The notes below the pieces were generated by a model that saw only the letters and a program-made list of their open reading frames with translations, had not been told where the DNA came from and ran no database searches. A stretch of DNA of 64,000 bases, from NCBI GenBank assembly GCA_038321985.1, contig JBBQFN010000014.1:32001-96000 (forward strand), written 5' to 3'. Numbering within the stretch: the stretch's first letter is position 1; every line of letters begins with the position of its first letter. Positions 22,853-34,160 of the stretch are shown here, in pieces. The position numbers were made by a program, and so were the translations under genes. This DNA comes from Cyanophyceae cyanobacterium. Its GTDB lineage: Bacteria; Cyanobacteriota; Cyanobacteriia; Cyanobacteriales; Laspinemataceae.

Positions 22853-23374
22853 TTACCAGCCTTCTGATTGGGCGATCGCCTCCACATCCAAAATCATTAC
22901 TAACCGCCCCGTCCAATCATATAATCCCCTTAAAAAAGGAGCGATTTCTTCTCCCACATCCATACTGGAAACCATGCGATCGAGATTAACAGCAATGACC
23001 CCTTGCACGTGAGATACAGCCAGTCCCATTCGCATCATCGCGGAGGTTCCGTCTCTAGGATCTGAGGCTTCTAAAATTAAAATTCGACTCTGTACCGAAT
23101 GACTATCTACCGCCTCAGTCCGCAAAAATAGACCGAAATCCGCCACCGCTAAAATTTCACCCCTCAAATTGGTTAATCCTAAAACAAAATGACGGGTATT
23201 CGGCACCGATGCGATCGGTTGCTGCCCCAAAAATAGCACCTCCCGTACCGATAGCAAATCCACAGCAAAGAGGCTCTCTTTTTGACCAAATAAGAGGAAT
23301 TGCTTCAGGGTCCCGGGATTTGTGGACCCGGGCAACTCACTCATCCCCGAACTGAGCGTTAGTTTTTCAGCCAT
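22853..23374 (-). CDS. cheW: CheW (PilI-like) coupling protein
   Basis: VPNTRHFVLGLTNLRGEILAVADF CheW signature. Confidence 0.9.
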   Translation of the reverse strand: MAEKLTLSSGMSELPGSTNPGTLKQFLLFGQKESLFAVDLLSVREVLFLGQQPIASVPNTRHFVLGLTNLRGEILAVADFGLFLRTEAVDSHSVQSRILILEASDPRDGTSAMMRMGLAVSHVQGVIAVNLDRMVSSMDVGEEIAPFLRGLYDWTGRLVMILDVEAIAQSEGW

Positions 23375-23557
23375 ACCATCTTAATTTTCCTGGAAAAAAG
23401 CTGTTAGCTCCTTGAATGGGCCAAGTCTAATTCATGAAATAGCCGTTAGAATAAAGTAGGCAATAATTACCTTGATTGACTTTTGGATTCTTTAATATCA
23501 CCTTTCTAAGGGTCATGGGTTCCGAAAAAGGTATCGTTTAATTGTTTGTTGTAACCG

Positions 23558-23917
23558 TTACAATAACCGTTCTACAATATTGAGTAATTGTTGAGGATCG
23601 ACCGGTTTAGTGAGATAGGCATCGGCTCCCAAATCCATGCCCCAAGTCTTATCAATTTCGGTATTTTTCTGACTGCAAAACACCACAGGTAACTTCGACG
23701 TCCGGCGATCGCCCCGCAACTCTCGAATCACCTCAAATCCATTCATCCGGGGCATCACCACATCTAGAATGACCAGATCCGGTGCCGACTCCTGAATGCA
23801 GGCGATCGCCTCCTCCCCATTCGTTGCTACCACCACCTCCATTCCGGCCTTTTTTAAAATCCGGCCAATCATTTCCCGTTCGCTAAGCACATCATCCACG
23901 ACTAAGATTTTGCTCAT
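23558..23917 (-). CDS. CheY/PilH-like single-domain response regulator
   Basis: KILVVDD...DVVMPRMNGFE...WGMDLGADAYLTKP, typical of the PilH class. Confidence 0.9.
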   Translation of the reverse strand: MSKILVVDDVLSEREMIGRILKKAGMEVVVATNGEEAIACIQESAPDLVILDVVMPRMNGFEVIRELRGDRRTSKLPVVFCSQKNTEIDKTWGMDLGADAYLTKPVDPQQLLNIVERLL

Positions 23918-24329
23918 CTTGCCTTTTCTCCGTTTTGCATGAATATTACCCCATTATTTTAGCTTGAAATTTAGAGCTTTTGACCCCCTTACCCACAACT
24001 TTAACTGACTAAACTTTGGCAAGGGCAGTATATCCACGGGGAGTTGGTGCTTCTGAATCCCTTCAGTTTGTTTAATTGAAAGTAAATCCCCTCAATAGTC
24101 AAAAAAAATCTATCTCGAACGTCAATAATAGACCTCGGACCGTATTTATAAAACATTTCCAAGTAAAGAGTTCCCCTGGAAAGGGGCGCAACCTAAAAAT
24201 ACCCCCTTCCTTGTAGAGTACCCTTACCCTCTAGAAAAACACCACGCCCACCCCTCCTAGACAGGGACGAATTGTAAAGATTTTTAAGGCGGATCACTCT
24301 TCCCTACAAAGAATGATAAAATCCAAAAT

Positions 24330-24412
24330 TAAGCTAGGGGTGTCCGACTAAAGGGCTGAGAACAAACCCTTAGAACCTGAGTCCGGGTAATACCGGCGGA
24401 GGGAAGCTGTTA
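24330..24412 (+). ncRNA. TPP riboswitch
   Basis: AGGGGTG...GGCTGAGA..AACCCTTAGAACCTGA..CCGGGTAATACCGGCGGAGGGAAG consensus directly upstream of thiC. Confidence 0.95.
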
Positions 24413-24427
24413 TTTGAGGACTTCAAA

Positions 24428-25801
24428 ATGCGAACAGAATGGGTTGCCAAACGCCAGGGACAGAGTAATGTTACTCAAATGAACTATGCCCGACAAGGCA
24501 TCATCACCGAAGAAATGACCTATGTGGCAAAACGGGAAAATCTCCCGGTTGAGCTAATTCGGGACGAAGTGGCACGAGGACGGATGATTATTCCCGCCAA
24601 CATCAACCACCTCAACCTCGAACCGATGTGCATCGGCATCGCCTCCAAATGTAAAGTTAATGCTAACATTGGGGCATCCCCCAATTCCTCTGATATTAAC
24701 GAAGAATTAGATAAACTCAAACTCTCCGTTAAATATGGTGCCGATACTGTGATGGATTTGTCCACCGGCGGCGGAAATCTAGACGAAATTCGCACCGCCA
24801 TTATTAATATCTCTCCGGTTCCCATCGGCACTGTTCCCATTTACCAAGCCCTAGAAAGTGTGCATGGTAATATGGAAAATCTCACCCCCAATGATTTTCT
24901 ACACATCATTGAAAAACACGCCCAACAAGGTGTGGATTACATGACCATTCACGCCGGGATTTTAATCGAACATCTGCCCTTAGTGAGAAACCGGATTACC
25001 GGCATTGTATCCCGTGGCGGCGGAATTTTAGCCCGGTGGATGTTGCATCACCACAAGCAAAATCCCCTTTATACTCATTTCGATGACATTATCGAAATTT
25101 TCAAAAAATACGACGTTTCCTTTAGTTTAGGAGACTCTCTGCGTCCGGGGTGTCAACATGACGCCTCTGACGAAGCACAACTGGCTGAACTCAAAACCCT
25201 CGGACAACTCACCCGACGCGCTTGGGAACATAATATTCAGGTGATGGTTGAGGGTCCGGGTCATGTGCCAATGGACCAAATTGAATTTAACGTCAAAAAG
25301 CAGATGGAAGAGTGTTCTGAAGCGCCTTTCTATGTGCTGGGTCCTTTGGTAACCGATATTGCGCCAGGATACGACCATATTACCTCGGCGATCGGGGCGG
25401 CAATGGCGGGATGGTACGGAACGGCGATGTTGTGTTACGTCACCCCGAAAGAGCACCTGGGATTACCCAATGCCGAAGATGTGCGAAATGGGTTAATCGC
25501 CTATAAAATCGCCGCCCATGCAGCCGATATCGCACGACATCGCATTGGAGCACGCGATCGCGATGACGAACTGTCTCACGCCCGGTATAACTTCGACTGG
25601 AACCGCCAGTTTGAACTCTCCCTCGACCCCGAACGGGCGAAAGAATACCACGACGAAACGCTCCCCGCAGACATCTACAAAACCGCTGAGTTCTGTTCCA
25701 TGTGCGGTCCTAAATTCTGCCCCATGCAAACTAAAGTAGACGCCGACGCCTTAAGCGAATTAGAGAAGTTCTTAGCGAAAGAACCTGTAACCCAAGGTTA
25801 A
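24428..25801 (+). CDS. thiC: Phosphomethylpyrimidine synthase
   Basis: [34 protein letters not shown] Fe-S motif. Confidence 0.98.
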   Translation: MRTEWVAKRQGQSNVTQMNYARQGIITEEMTYVAKRENLPVELIRDEVARGRMIIPANINHLNLEPMCIGIASKCKVNANIGASPNSSDINEELDKLKLSVKYGADTVMDLSTGGGNLDEIRTAIINISPVPIGTVPIYQALESVHGNMENLTPNDFLHIIEKHAQQGVDYMTIHAGILIEHLPLVRNRITGIVSRGGGILARWMLHHHKQNPLYTHFDDIIEIFKKYDVSFSLGDSLRPGCQHDASDEAQLAELKTLGQLTRRAWEHNIQVMVEGPGHVPMDQIEFNVKKQMEECSEAPFYVLGPLVTDIAPGYDHITSAIGAAMAGWYGTAMLCYVTPKEHLGLPNAEDVRNGLIAYKIAAHAADIARHRIGARDRDDELSHARYNFDWNRQFELSLDPERAKEYHDETLPADIYKTAEFCSMCGPKFCPMQTKVDADALSELEKFLAKEPVTQG

Positions 25802-25811
25802 GAGTAAAATA

Positions 25812-25839
25812 GTAAGGTGGGCAATACCCACCTTATTTT
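25812..25839 (+). terminator. REP-like palindrome / terminator after thiC
   Basis: TAAGGTGGG-caata-CCCACCTTA followed by TTTT; partial similar copy GGGCATTACCCACC near 26078. Confidence 0.7.
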
Positions 25840-26479
25840 CTGGATAGGTAAATTCAGGACTCTAGTTCAATCTTTTTAAGCCTTAAAATAATTTTCCCCC
25901 TCAAAAAAGCCTTTAATTCTAGCTTATCCCGAACCCCGTAAAATTATTTTTTAAGCGATTAATCCCGGACAATTTTTTTCAGAATTAATCCCCGTCTATC
26001 CAGAAATTAGTAAGGTCAAACCCGGCCTTTCAAGGGTTGCGTGCTCCGGTTGAGTTTTGAATAGAGCTTCTCACTTCGGGCATTACCCACCCTGAGAGCA
26101 TAACCGATTATGAAGACCTGCAACAAACCGATATTTTATCCGCCTTACTATTTGCAGCCCGTTTAGTTCCGGTGACGCGAATTTATTAGATGCGGTTGCG
26201 TGCCGGAGGCATTACCCATCCCCATGACTTTACGCACTCCTTCAATAAGCTACCTCACTCCATCAACTACAGCTATAATAAGCATCTTCTCTACCGAAGT
26301 AACCTCCCGGGACTATCGCGCCACCCTAAATGGCGCTAACCTCTCAAGTAATTCCGGAAGCCAAATGGCACGATTCAGTCACGGATGCCTAGAACCTTTC
26401 ACTGGAGGCGATCGCCAAATTCTAAGTAAATCCAGTAAAATGAAACTCTGACAGCCAACCGAAATAGCCCAGCGGTGAC

Positions 26480-28207
26480 TTGAGTACAAGCGGAGAACAG
26501 CGAAGAATGTCAATCCTGAATCGGCGCAAGAAAAATCTTTTTACCAAAGTAAAAAAAACGATGTTCAGCGCTTTCAAACGGCTAATCAACTGGATCAACC
26601 GCTTTAAGCGAGTGAGAGGGGAGCTCCGAATGCCTTCGCCTATTTTAGCCCCTCCTGGAATGCAATCAGCACCCTTGCCCGAGAATGAAGAGGAAAGACA
26701 GAAAGCACTTGAGCGCTATAACCTTTTAGACAGCGAGACAGAAGCAGCCTTTGAAGACTTAACCGCCTTAGCCGCTTCAATTTGTAACACTCCCATCGCC
26801 CTTGTCAGTCTCATCGACGCCAATCGTCAATGGTTTAAATCCAAAGTGGGTTTAGATGTTTCTGAAACCCCTAGAAATATGTCATTCTGTGCTCATGCGA
26901 TTCTTAATCCCAATGATATCCTCGTTGTACCCAATGCCTTAGAGGATGAGCGTTTCGTTGGCAATCCGCTCGTTACGAAAAATCCCAATATTCGCTTTTA
27001 TGCCGGGACTCCGGTCGTGACTCCAGATGGATTTCCTTTAGGAACTCTTTGTGTCATTGATACCATACCACGAAATCTCACCCCACAGCAATTAGAAGGC
27101 TTGCGATTATTAGGACGACAGGCAATTACGCAAATGGAATTACGACTCCAGGTTCAACGCTTAGAACGGGAAATTTCCCGGGGAAAAGATGTAAAAGCTA
27201 AACTGCGGGCTTCCGACGCGCAAATCGTTGATTCTTTGGAAAATATGAGCGATGCTTTTTTCGCCGTTGATCGCCAGTGGAGGTTTAGTTATGTTAATCA
27301 AAAAGTCGGAGAAATTTTACAAAAGAACCCAGATAAATTGCTAGGAAACAATATGTGGGCCGAATTTCCAGAAACCGTAGGTTCTAAATTTGAGCGAGAG
27401 TACCGCAAAGCTGCCACTGAACAAATCAGCGTCACTTTTGAAGAATATTATCCCGCCTTAAGACGCTGGTTTGAAATTCGAGTTTTTCCCTCTTATGAAG
27501 GGTTATCGGTGTTTTTTCATGAGATTACCAAACGCAAACTTACCGAGGCCGCTCTCCATCGAGAAAAACAAAAAGTAGAGGGGTTATTACTAAATATTTT
27601 ACCCCCCAGTATTGCTAAACAGTTACAGCAAGAGTCGGGTGCGATCGCTGAAAGATTTGAGGCGGTAACGATTTTATTTGCAGATTTAGTAAAATTTACA
27701 GAATTATCGACCCGAGTCTCACCCCAGGAACTGGTTAGCATTCTCAATACCATTGTTTGCAGCTTTGATTTGCTGACCGAAAAACATGGATTAGAGAAAA
27801 TTAAAACCATTGGCGATGCCTACCTGGTGGCCGGTGGTGTTCCTCTCTCACGTCTAGATCATGCCGAGGCGATCGCCGATATGGCCCTGGATATGCAAGC
27901 GGCGATCGAACACTTCAATGCCGAACATCTCACCGAGTTAAACCTGCGGGTTGGAATTAACACCGGACCTGTTGTTGCTGGTGTCATTGGCATTAAAAAA
28001 TTCACCTATGATTTATGGGGAGATGCAGTCAACACAGCCTCTCGCATGGAATCCCACGGAATACCTGGAAAAATTCAGGTCTCCGAAACCACCTATCATT
28101 TATTGCAAAACAAGTATAACTTTGAGGAACGCGGCCTGCTTGAGATTAAAGGCAAAGGAGAAATGAAAACCTATTTTCTCACAGGCCGAAATTCGTCTGC
28201 TTTCTAA
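26480..28207 (+). CDS. Class III adenylate cyclase with GAF and PAS domains
   Basis: GAF (SFCAHAI, IRFYAG), [39 protein letters not shown] (Lys/Asp adenine-specifying residues). True start may be a downstream ATG. Confidence 0.92.
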   Translation: MSTSGEQRRMSILNRRKKNLFTKVKKTMFSAFKRLINWINRFKRVRGELRMPSPILAPPGMQSAPLPENEEERQKALERYNLLDSETEAAFEDLTALAASICNTPIALVSLIDANRQWFKSKVGLDVSETPRNMSFCAHAILNPNDILVVPNALEDERFVGNPLVTKNPNIRFYAGTPVVTPDGFPLGTLCVIDTIPRNLTPQQLEGLRLLGRQAITQMELRLQVQRLEREISRGKDVKAKLRASDAQIVDSLENMSDAFFAVDRQWRFSYVNQKVGEILQKNPDKLLGNNMWAEFPETVGSKFEREYRKAATEQISVTFEEYYPALRRWFEIRVFPSYEGLSVFFHEITKRKLTEAALHREKQKVEGLLLNILPPSIAKQLQQESGAIAERFEAVTILFADLVKFTELSTRVSPQELVSILNTIVCSFDLLTEKHGLEKIKTIGDAYLVAGGVPLSRLDHAEAIADMALDMQAAIEHFNAEHLTELNLRVGINTGPVVAGVIGIKKFTYDLWGDAVNTASRMESHGIPGKIQVSETTYHLLQNKYNFEERGLLEIKGKGEMKTYFLTGRNSSAF

Positions 28208-28715
28208 ATGTTCCCCCATCCTCTTAGCAGTTGCCTCCCCCCTGAGCCATTCCAGGCCCGATTCAACATTTCCCGCGAATTGTAAAGAAATATTAAAAAT
28301 TTCCTTTGCTCCGAAAAATGTGATTTTTCTTTAGGCAGCGGGAATAGTAGAGATTGACAGAGGGCGACATCGGGGCTCCCGTAAAACAGGGACCTCGAAC
28401 TCTACCCGAATATCCACATCACTTTCTGTTGTAGCGTCATCTCCCGCGACCGAACGAACCAAAGAGTGCCAGAGAGCAAACGCCTAATTCTTGCAGTTTC
28501 GGCAAGGATTCCTTTAATATTGAAATAGCCCGATCGCGCTTCATCTGTTGTTTGACTGGTTTTATTAACGAGTATAAACCGACTTGCTCTTGCAGCCAAT
28601 ACAGAACAGAAAAAACCCTCTTTTTTTCCCTTAGAGCGATCGCCTTTTTCTACAGGCGATCGCATCTTTACCCTCTCACTTTATCTCACATTTAATCCCC
28701 ACTGTTCTAGCTCAC

Positions 28716-29336
28716 TTACAATCCCAACTCCTGATAGCGGGCTTGAATCTGGACAATGGTAAAAACTGCCCGAAACTTTAATCCCTCTTTTTGATATAAC
28801 TCGGCCCCGCCTTGTTCTCGATCGACTAGGGAAATCACTTCTTCTACTTTGTACCCGGCATCGCGCAAACGGTGAACCGCTTTCATGGCGGAGGCCCCGG
28901 TGGTGACCACATCTTCTAAGACAACGACTTGGGTCCCAGGAGCCAGTTCGGGTCCCTCGATATAGGCTTGGGTGCCATGTCCCTTGGCTTCTTTGCGAAC
29001 AATTAGGGCCGGAATCGGGCGGTTTTCGTAGGCAGAGATGACGCTGACGGCGGTTACAATCGGGTCAGCGCCCAAGGTTAACCCGGCAACTGCCAGGGTT
29101 TCTGAGGAGAGCATGGAGAATAACACTTGACCCGTGAGGAGTGCGCCGATGGGGTGTAGGGTGACTTGTTTGCCATTAATATAGTAGCGGCTGCTCTGGC
29201 CGGAGGATAGGGTGAAGTCTCCCTCTCGATAGGCTAACTGGCAGAGTAAATCGAGAAGCTGTTGGCGTTGGACGTTTAAATGGGCAGGGGTAGTTGAGGC
29301 CGATGTCTGTGACGGCCCTTGAGTAATCTCGGTCAT
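28716..29336 (-). CDS. pyrE: Orotate phosphoribosyltransferase
   Basis: FTLSSG, RKEAKGHG, VVLEDVVTTGAS PRPP motif; ATG at 29336 chosen over the upstream TTG. Confidence 0.95.
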   Translation of the reverse strand: MTEITQGPSQTSASTTPAHLNVQRQQLLDLLCQLAYREGDFTLSSGQSSRYYINGKQVTLHPIGALLTGQVLFSMLSSETLAVAGLTLGADPIVTAVSVISAYENRPIPALIVRKEAKGHGTQAYIEGPELAPGTQVVVLEDVVTTGASAMKAVHRLRDAGYKVEEVISLVDREQGGAELYQKEGLKFRAVFTIVQIQARYQELGL

Positions 29337-29430
29337 GGTTAATTGTAGTGACAGGAGCAAAATTTCAGCAGATAATTATCTTATCGTGGAAGTTGAGCTA
29401 ATATCGAGCCAAAAGGTGAGGAGAAAATTC

Positions 29431-29835
29431 ATGAGACTCCAGTTAAAAACCGCGATCGGGGCGGTGGTCCTCCTAGGTGCGTCTGTGGTGGTGACACCAG
29501 AGGCAGTCGCCCAAAGCCAACCTCGAAGCATTTCTGAACAATTTGAGCGGGCTTTCTTTCGTAGTTCTGATACGTTTTACCAGAATCGCTCAATTTTTGA
29601 CCAAATCAGTTTTTATCTGCTGCCGACGACTTACCCAGAAAGACAAGCAGAACGGGACGCGGAACGGGTAAACAAGCTCTATCAGGCCGTCATGGAGGTT
29701 CAAACCTCTAGCGACCCCATTATTAGAACCCCGGATTTGACGAACCCGTTTAACGAGTCTTTGCAGACGATGCCCAGTTACACTCCCAGCGGAATCCCTT
29801 TTAATCCTCTCAACGAAATCCTGCCCCTGCGTTAA
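29431..29835 (+). CDS. Hypothetical exported protein
   Basis: ATG after GAGGAG; signal-peptide-like N-terminus ending AVA-Q; C-terminal PIIRTPDLTNPFNESL. Confidence 0.75.
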   Translation: MRLQLKTAIGAVVLLGASVVVTPEAVAQSQPRSISEQFERAFFRSSDTFYQNRSIFDQISFYLLPTTYPERQAERDAERVNKLYQAVMEVQTSSDPIIRTPDLTNPFNESLQTMPSYTPSGIPFNPLNEILPLR

Positions 29836-29916
29836 GCAGTGAGGCAGGATCTATCTCTTCCTGGCGATCGCCAGGGAGAGGTGGGGTTCGTTCCCGAGTG
29901 GCCCTATGTTTTTAAA

Positions 29917-29989
29917 TCGGCAGTGCAGGAGTTGAACCTGCCTAAGGCGAATTATGAGTTCGCTGCCTCATCCGCTCGGCCAACTGCCG
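29917..29989 (-). tRNA. tRNA with CAU anticodon, most likely tRNA-Ile2 (lysidine-modified); CCA not encoded
   Basis: Reverse complement CGGCAGTTGGCCGAGCGG...GCGAA-CTCATAA-TTCGC...GCAGGTTCAACTCCTGC-ACTGCCG-A folds into a cloverleaf. Confidence 0.93.
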
Positions 29990-30297
29990 CCTTTTTTCTT
30001 GATTGTAGCAGACCCAGGGTTGAGTCGTACCGGAATTTGCGCCCCCGATTCACCCGAAAACTCGGGACTCGTGGGTGAAGCAACAGATCGTTAGTGAAAA
30101 TTGTAACCCGCAGGGGTGTAACCTGTCTAGGGGTGTGCGCGTAGAGATGATCGGTTTGGACAAAAAAACTCGCAACGGATTCTTCTAGATCCAGATGTAA
30201 TAAAAAAGATAGGGATTAAAATCGAGAGGCCTGGACTTATGGAGGGCGATCGCAATTTTCCCCCCGGGAAACGCGAGGCGCTCTTGAAGCTAGAAAA

Positions 30298-31035
30298 ATG
30301 AGTCAGGAAGAACGGCGATCGCCCAGAGAAAGAGAAAAAATACTAACTATGAAAGTCAACCCCACTGTCGTCCTTACGTTTTTGCTGTTATCCATGATGT
30401 TTGGTGCCGGTGCACTGAGTGCATCCCTCGGGTTAGAGTTAGGCAAAGCCGCGCTCAAGGAAGTGACCCAGCCAGACGTTCGTCCCACCACCTCCGGAGA
30501 GTCCAATTCAGGAGCTACAACAAGGGGTAAAGGTCTTAAGCTCTTGAAAGAAGACGAAATTATTAAGACCGTTAAGACGAGAATGTCGGGCAAAGAAGTC
30601 GAACCGGAACCAGCACAAACGAAAGCAGTGGAAGCCGAAGCCGATAAGTCCGCTGAAGCCAAGGCCGCCGAAGAAGCAAAGAAAGATGAACGGTTTCCGA
30701 TCGTCACCAAAGACCAGGACGTGAGCTTGGAGGTAACCGGAGTGCGCCGAGAAGGTTCCTCTCTGTTGCTAGAGGTCAAATTAAAGAATGCAGGTTCCAG
30801 GTCGGTCCAGTTTCTTTACAGTTTCCTGAATGTGACCGATGATAAGGGGCGATCGCTCAGTGCCACAACGGAAGGATTGCCCGGAGATCTGCCCCCGGGT
30901 AATGAGAGCTATTCTGGAACAGTCAGCATTCCTACGGCGTTGCTCGATAATGCTCAGAAGCTGTCCGTAACCCTAACAGATTATCCCGATCAGGAGCTGG
31001 AACTGAAAATGGCGGATATTCCCGTTACCCCCTAG
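30298..31035 (+). CDS. Conserved hypothetical membrane-anchored protein
   Basis: 245-aa ORF with an N-terminal TM helix and beta-rich C-terminus (FLYSFLNVTD...LTDYPDQ). Confidence 0.75.
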   Translation: MSQEERRSPREREKILTMKVNPTVVLTFLLLSMMFGAGALSASLGLELGKAALKEVTQPDVRPTTSGESNSGATTRGKGLKLLKEDEIIKTVKTRMSGKEVEPEPAQTKAVEAEADKSAEAKAAEEAKKDERFPIVTKDQDVSLEVTGVRREGSSLLLEVKLKNAGSRSVQFLYSFLNVTDDKGRSLSATTEGLPGDLPPGNESYSGTVSIPTALLDNAQKLSVTLTDYPDQELELKMADIPVTP

Positions 31036-31294
31036 ACTCCGGGCTATTTTCACGATGCAGCCGGTCTGAATCAGCGGCAACATCTCGATCCAAGTTAGGG
31101 GGATTTTCTGGGGTGGAGACCGGGTGCTGGGGATCGGAAACTGGTTTTTTGAGGTAAATTTGGGGCTAAAATTAGGCGGTTTTGGAGCCCACCTCGATTT
31201 TATGTACAAAACCAATTGAGTTCTCGGTGGGTACGCCTGGGTACAAATCTGTCAGAATTAAAGCGGGTAATTGAATGTTTCAAAATGAGTTGCG

Positions 31295-33019
31295 GTGGTG
31301 CGTTCTTTAAGCTATTTTTTTGCGTTAGGTGGGATGGTGACCCTCACCGTTGTAGGCTTGCAATCGGATAGTAGTCTAGCGAGTAGTGTAGCTACTGTGG
31401 TCCCGGGGAATTCCCTGGAGACCTGGCAAGACATTGCACTGCGATTACTGGCGGTATTTGGACTGATTGCCATTAATGCTTTTTTCGTGACTACGGAATT
31501 TGCGATCGTTTCCGTGCGGCGATCGCGGATCAATCATTTGGCCGACAATGGCGACCTTCAGGCCCTCATTGTCCAACATCTCCATCGGAATATCGAGCGA
31601 CTGCTTTCGACGACTCAGTTAGGGATTACGTTATCGAGTCTAGCTCTAGGCTGGATTGGCGAAAATACGATGGCGGTTTTAGTCGCCGACTGGATCGCGC
31701 GCTTGCCCATCCGAGCCGATATTACCCAAGTCATGGCTCATTCCCTGGCAATCCCGATCGCCTTTTTAATTGTGGCTTACCTGCAAATTGTCCTTGGCGA
31801 ATTATGCCCGAAAACCTTGGCGTTACTCTATTCGGAGCAACTGGCAAGACTCCTTGGCCCCCCGAGTTTGGCGATCGCCCGATTTTTTCACCCCTTTATC
31901 TGGATCCTAGACCGCTCGACCCGGTGGCTGCTGAGTCTGGCGGGTATTCGCTTTAACTCTCACGCTTGGTCCAATCGCATCACCCCGGAAGAGTTACAGT
32001 TGATTATCGCCACAGAACGCGAATCTACGGGTTTAGAAGCAGAGGAGCGAGAACTCCTTAATAATGTATTTGAATTTGGGGAAGTCTCGGCACGGGAAGT
32101 GATGGTGCCTCGGACCAGCATTCGGGGTATCCCCTATAATGCGACGTTTCAAATGTTGCTCGATGAGGTAGTTGCCACGGGTCACTCCCGCTATCCGGCG
32201 ATCGGGGAATCCTTAGATGATGTTCGCGGAATTGTTTACTTTAAAGAATTAGCTGGACCCTTAGCCGAAGGAGTGCTCACCCCAGATACTTCCCTTGCAC
32301 CCTGGATTCGTCCGGCGCGGTTCGTTGCAGAATATACCCCCTTAAGTGAGTTGTTGCCAATCGTCCAGCGATCGCAACGACCGATGGTCATGGTGGTTGA
32401 TGAATTTGGCGGGACTGCCGGTTTAGTCACCATTAGTGATTTAGTGGCTCAAATCATTGGCGAAAGCCCGGAACTCTCCGATTCTGAAGAGTTAGCTATC
32501 CAGATGGTGGACGAGCAAACTTGGATGGTTCAAGCTCAACTGAACTTGGAAGAAGTCAATGAATTGCTTAATTTTGAATTACCCCTGACTGATGAATACC
32601 AAACCCTGGGCGGTTTCCTCCTCTATCAGTTCCAAAAAATCCCAGCGGAGGGGGAAACCCTCCTCTACGATAATTTGGAATTCACAGTGGTTTCCACCGA
32701 AGGCCCCCGTTTAAACCAAATTCGGATCTATCGTCCCGAACTGATAAATCCTTCCTCATCCAGCCTCGACTCTTTCGACTCCTTGCCCATAGATTTTGAG
32801 CTGGATGACCCTGAGCAGCCCTCTCCCTCCTCATCCCGGGATGTAGACCGGGATGAGTGTGAGCAACCATCCTCCTCTGCATCCCGTGATTTTGAGCAGG
32901 AGGAGGAGGCGATCCTGTCTCCTCCACAAAATTTCGATTTTTATGAGGATGAGAATCACGATGAGGATGAGGAGTCACTCCCCTCTTCCCCACCAGATTT
33001 AGATCTCGATGGTCATTAG
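31295..33019 (+). CDS. CNNM/CorC/HlyC (hemolysin-family) protein: DUF21, CBS pair, CorC_HlyC, acidic tail
   Basis: NAFFVTTEFAIVSVR, TQLGIT, GELCPK, VMVPRT, HSRYP, VVDEFGGTAGLVT. Confidence 0.92.
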   Translation: MVRSLSYFFALGGMVTLTVVGLQSDSSLASSVATVVPGNSLETWQDIALRLLAVFGLIAINAFFVTTEFAIVSVRRSRINHLADNGDLQALIVQHLHRNIERLLSTTQLGITLSSLALGWIGENTMAVLVADWIARLPIRADITQVMAHSLAIPIAFLIVAYLQIVLGELCPKTLALLYSEQLARLLGPPSLAIARFFHPFIWILDRSTRWLLSLAGIRFNSHAWSNRITPEELQLIIATERESTGLEAEERELLNNVFEFGEVSAREVMVPRTSIRGIPYNATFQMLLDEVVATGHSRYPAIGESLDDVRGIVYFKELAGPLAEGVLTPDTSLAPWIRPARFVAEYTPLSELLPIVQRSQRPMVMVVDEFGGTAGLVTISDLVAQIIGESPELSDSEELAIQMVDEQTWMVQAQLNLEEVNELLNFELPLTDEYQTLGGFLLYQFQKIPAEGETLLYDNLEFTVVSTEGPRLNQIRIYRPELINPSSSSLDSFDSLPIDFELDDPEQPSPSSSRDVDRDECEQPSSSASRDFEQEEEAILSPPQNFDFYEDENHDEDEESLPSSPPDLDLDGH

Positions 33020-33091
33020 AACTCACTCTTAGGAGACATATCCTATTCAAGATGTAATCTTGCTGAAAATATTCTGATAGGACAGAAATTG

Positions 33092-33280
33092 TCATTCCAC
33101 CATTGCTGGTGTTTGAATTTCATCTAATAATCCATCTGAGCCTTTTTTCGGTTTAGGCATCCGTTTAATGTAGTCTCGAATTACTTCGGACATTGAAAGT
33201 TCACGCCGTTCAGCCTCTGCTTTCAGACGGTCTAATTCTTGAGTATTTAATCGAATCCGCAGCATATAATCTCTAGCCAT
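33092..33280 (-). CDS. CopG-like ribbon-helix-helix DNA-binding protein
   Basis: LRIRL beta strand, ELDRLKAEAERR and SMSEVIRDYI helices. Confidence 0.75.
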   Translation of the reverse strand: MARDYMLRIRLNTQELDRLKAEAERRELSMSEVIRDYIKRMPKPKKGSDGLLDEIQTPAMVE

Positions 33281-33816
33281 GTCGTTCTTATCGTTGCTAC
33301 AACATTTCTAGGTTAGCAATTAGGTAAAGAAGATGACAACAAACCAGAGGAAGATGATAATCGGGAAAAAAGTTAGATTTGAAACAGGAGGTTATGATTC
33401 TTTAGATAGAGACTGCCCTGTTTAACGGGTTTGGACCTCGCGCAAAAACTGCGTTAGGAGGTTGCTTTTAACTCAGGCAGATTCCGCTACACAACGACGT
33501 GGGAGCTAAATTTGAAATCAGGGTTGGACTTCGCTTTAAGCCCCTAATTTTGTCCCTCGTTATTCATTTGAGACTTTAACATTTTAAACTCAAACCCTAG
33601 CGGAAACCTCTACCTTAAGGAATGGTTGTCCCCTGGGGCTGGAGTACGGAACTGCCTACCTGCGGCAGCATAAATTTTAACCAGTGCCTCTACCCACAGA
33701 CTGAATAGCTGCGCTTTCACCCAGAGATTAAAAACCGAGTTGCTTGATAAAATTTCGCCTGACTTGGTAACAAATTAGGTCCAAAAGCCCGGGTTTTTAT
33801 CCCTTTTAGCTAATGC

Positions 33817-33969
33817 CTACCGAGAGGGTTTAGGAAGTAACGGAATGTAAATGGTAAAGGTACTACCCAATCCCAGTTGACTTTCGATCGCGATCGCGCC
33901 TTGATGCACCTCTACACACTTTTTCACCACCGTTAAACCTAGGTCAGAACCGGAAATATTTCCCACATT
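33817..33969 (-). pseudogene. 3' fragment of a histidine kinase (HATPase C-terminus only)
   Basis: NVGNISGSDLGLTVVKKCVEVHQGAIAIESQLGLGSTFTIYIP; G2 box decayed; no upstream kinase sequence. Confidence 0.8.
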
Positions 33970-33983
33970 TGGGCCGCGATAAG

Positions 33984-34160
33984 CGGATTCGGGCCGTGCT
34001 GCGGGGCGGGATGATGTCGGGTTCTCCACTTCTAAGCTGGGGTCAGTTGGAACTTGATCCCCGTAGTTATAAAGTGACTTACGATCAGCAACCCCTACAT
34101 TTAACGCCAAAGGAATATTCTTTTTGGGAATTGTTTCTGCGAAATGGTCAGCGGGTATTT
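33984..34160 (+). pseudogene. Internal fragment of an OmpR-family response regulator (linker and start of winged helix)
   Basis: RIRAVLR...LSWGQLELDPRSYKVTYDQQPLHLTPKEYSFWELFLRNGQRVF; no receiver domain or C-terminus. Confidence 0.8.

Noticed and set aside
29839..30078. 79-aa ORF
   Set aside because: Overlaps the tRNA on the opposite strand
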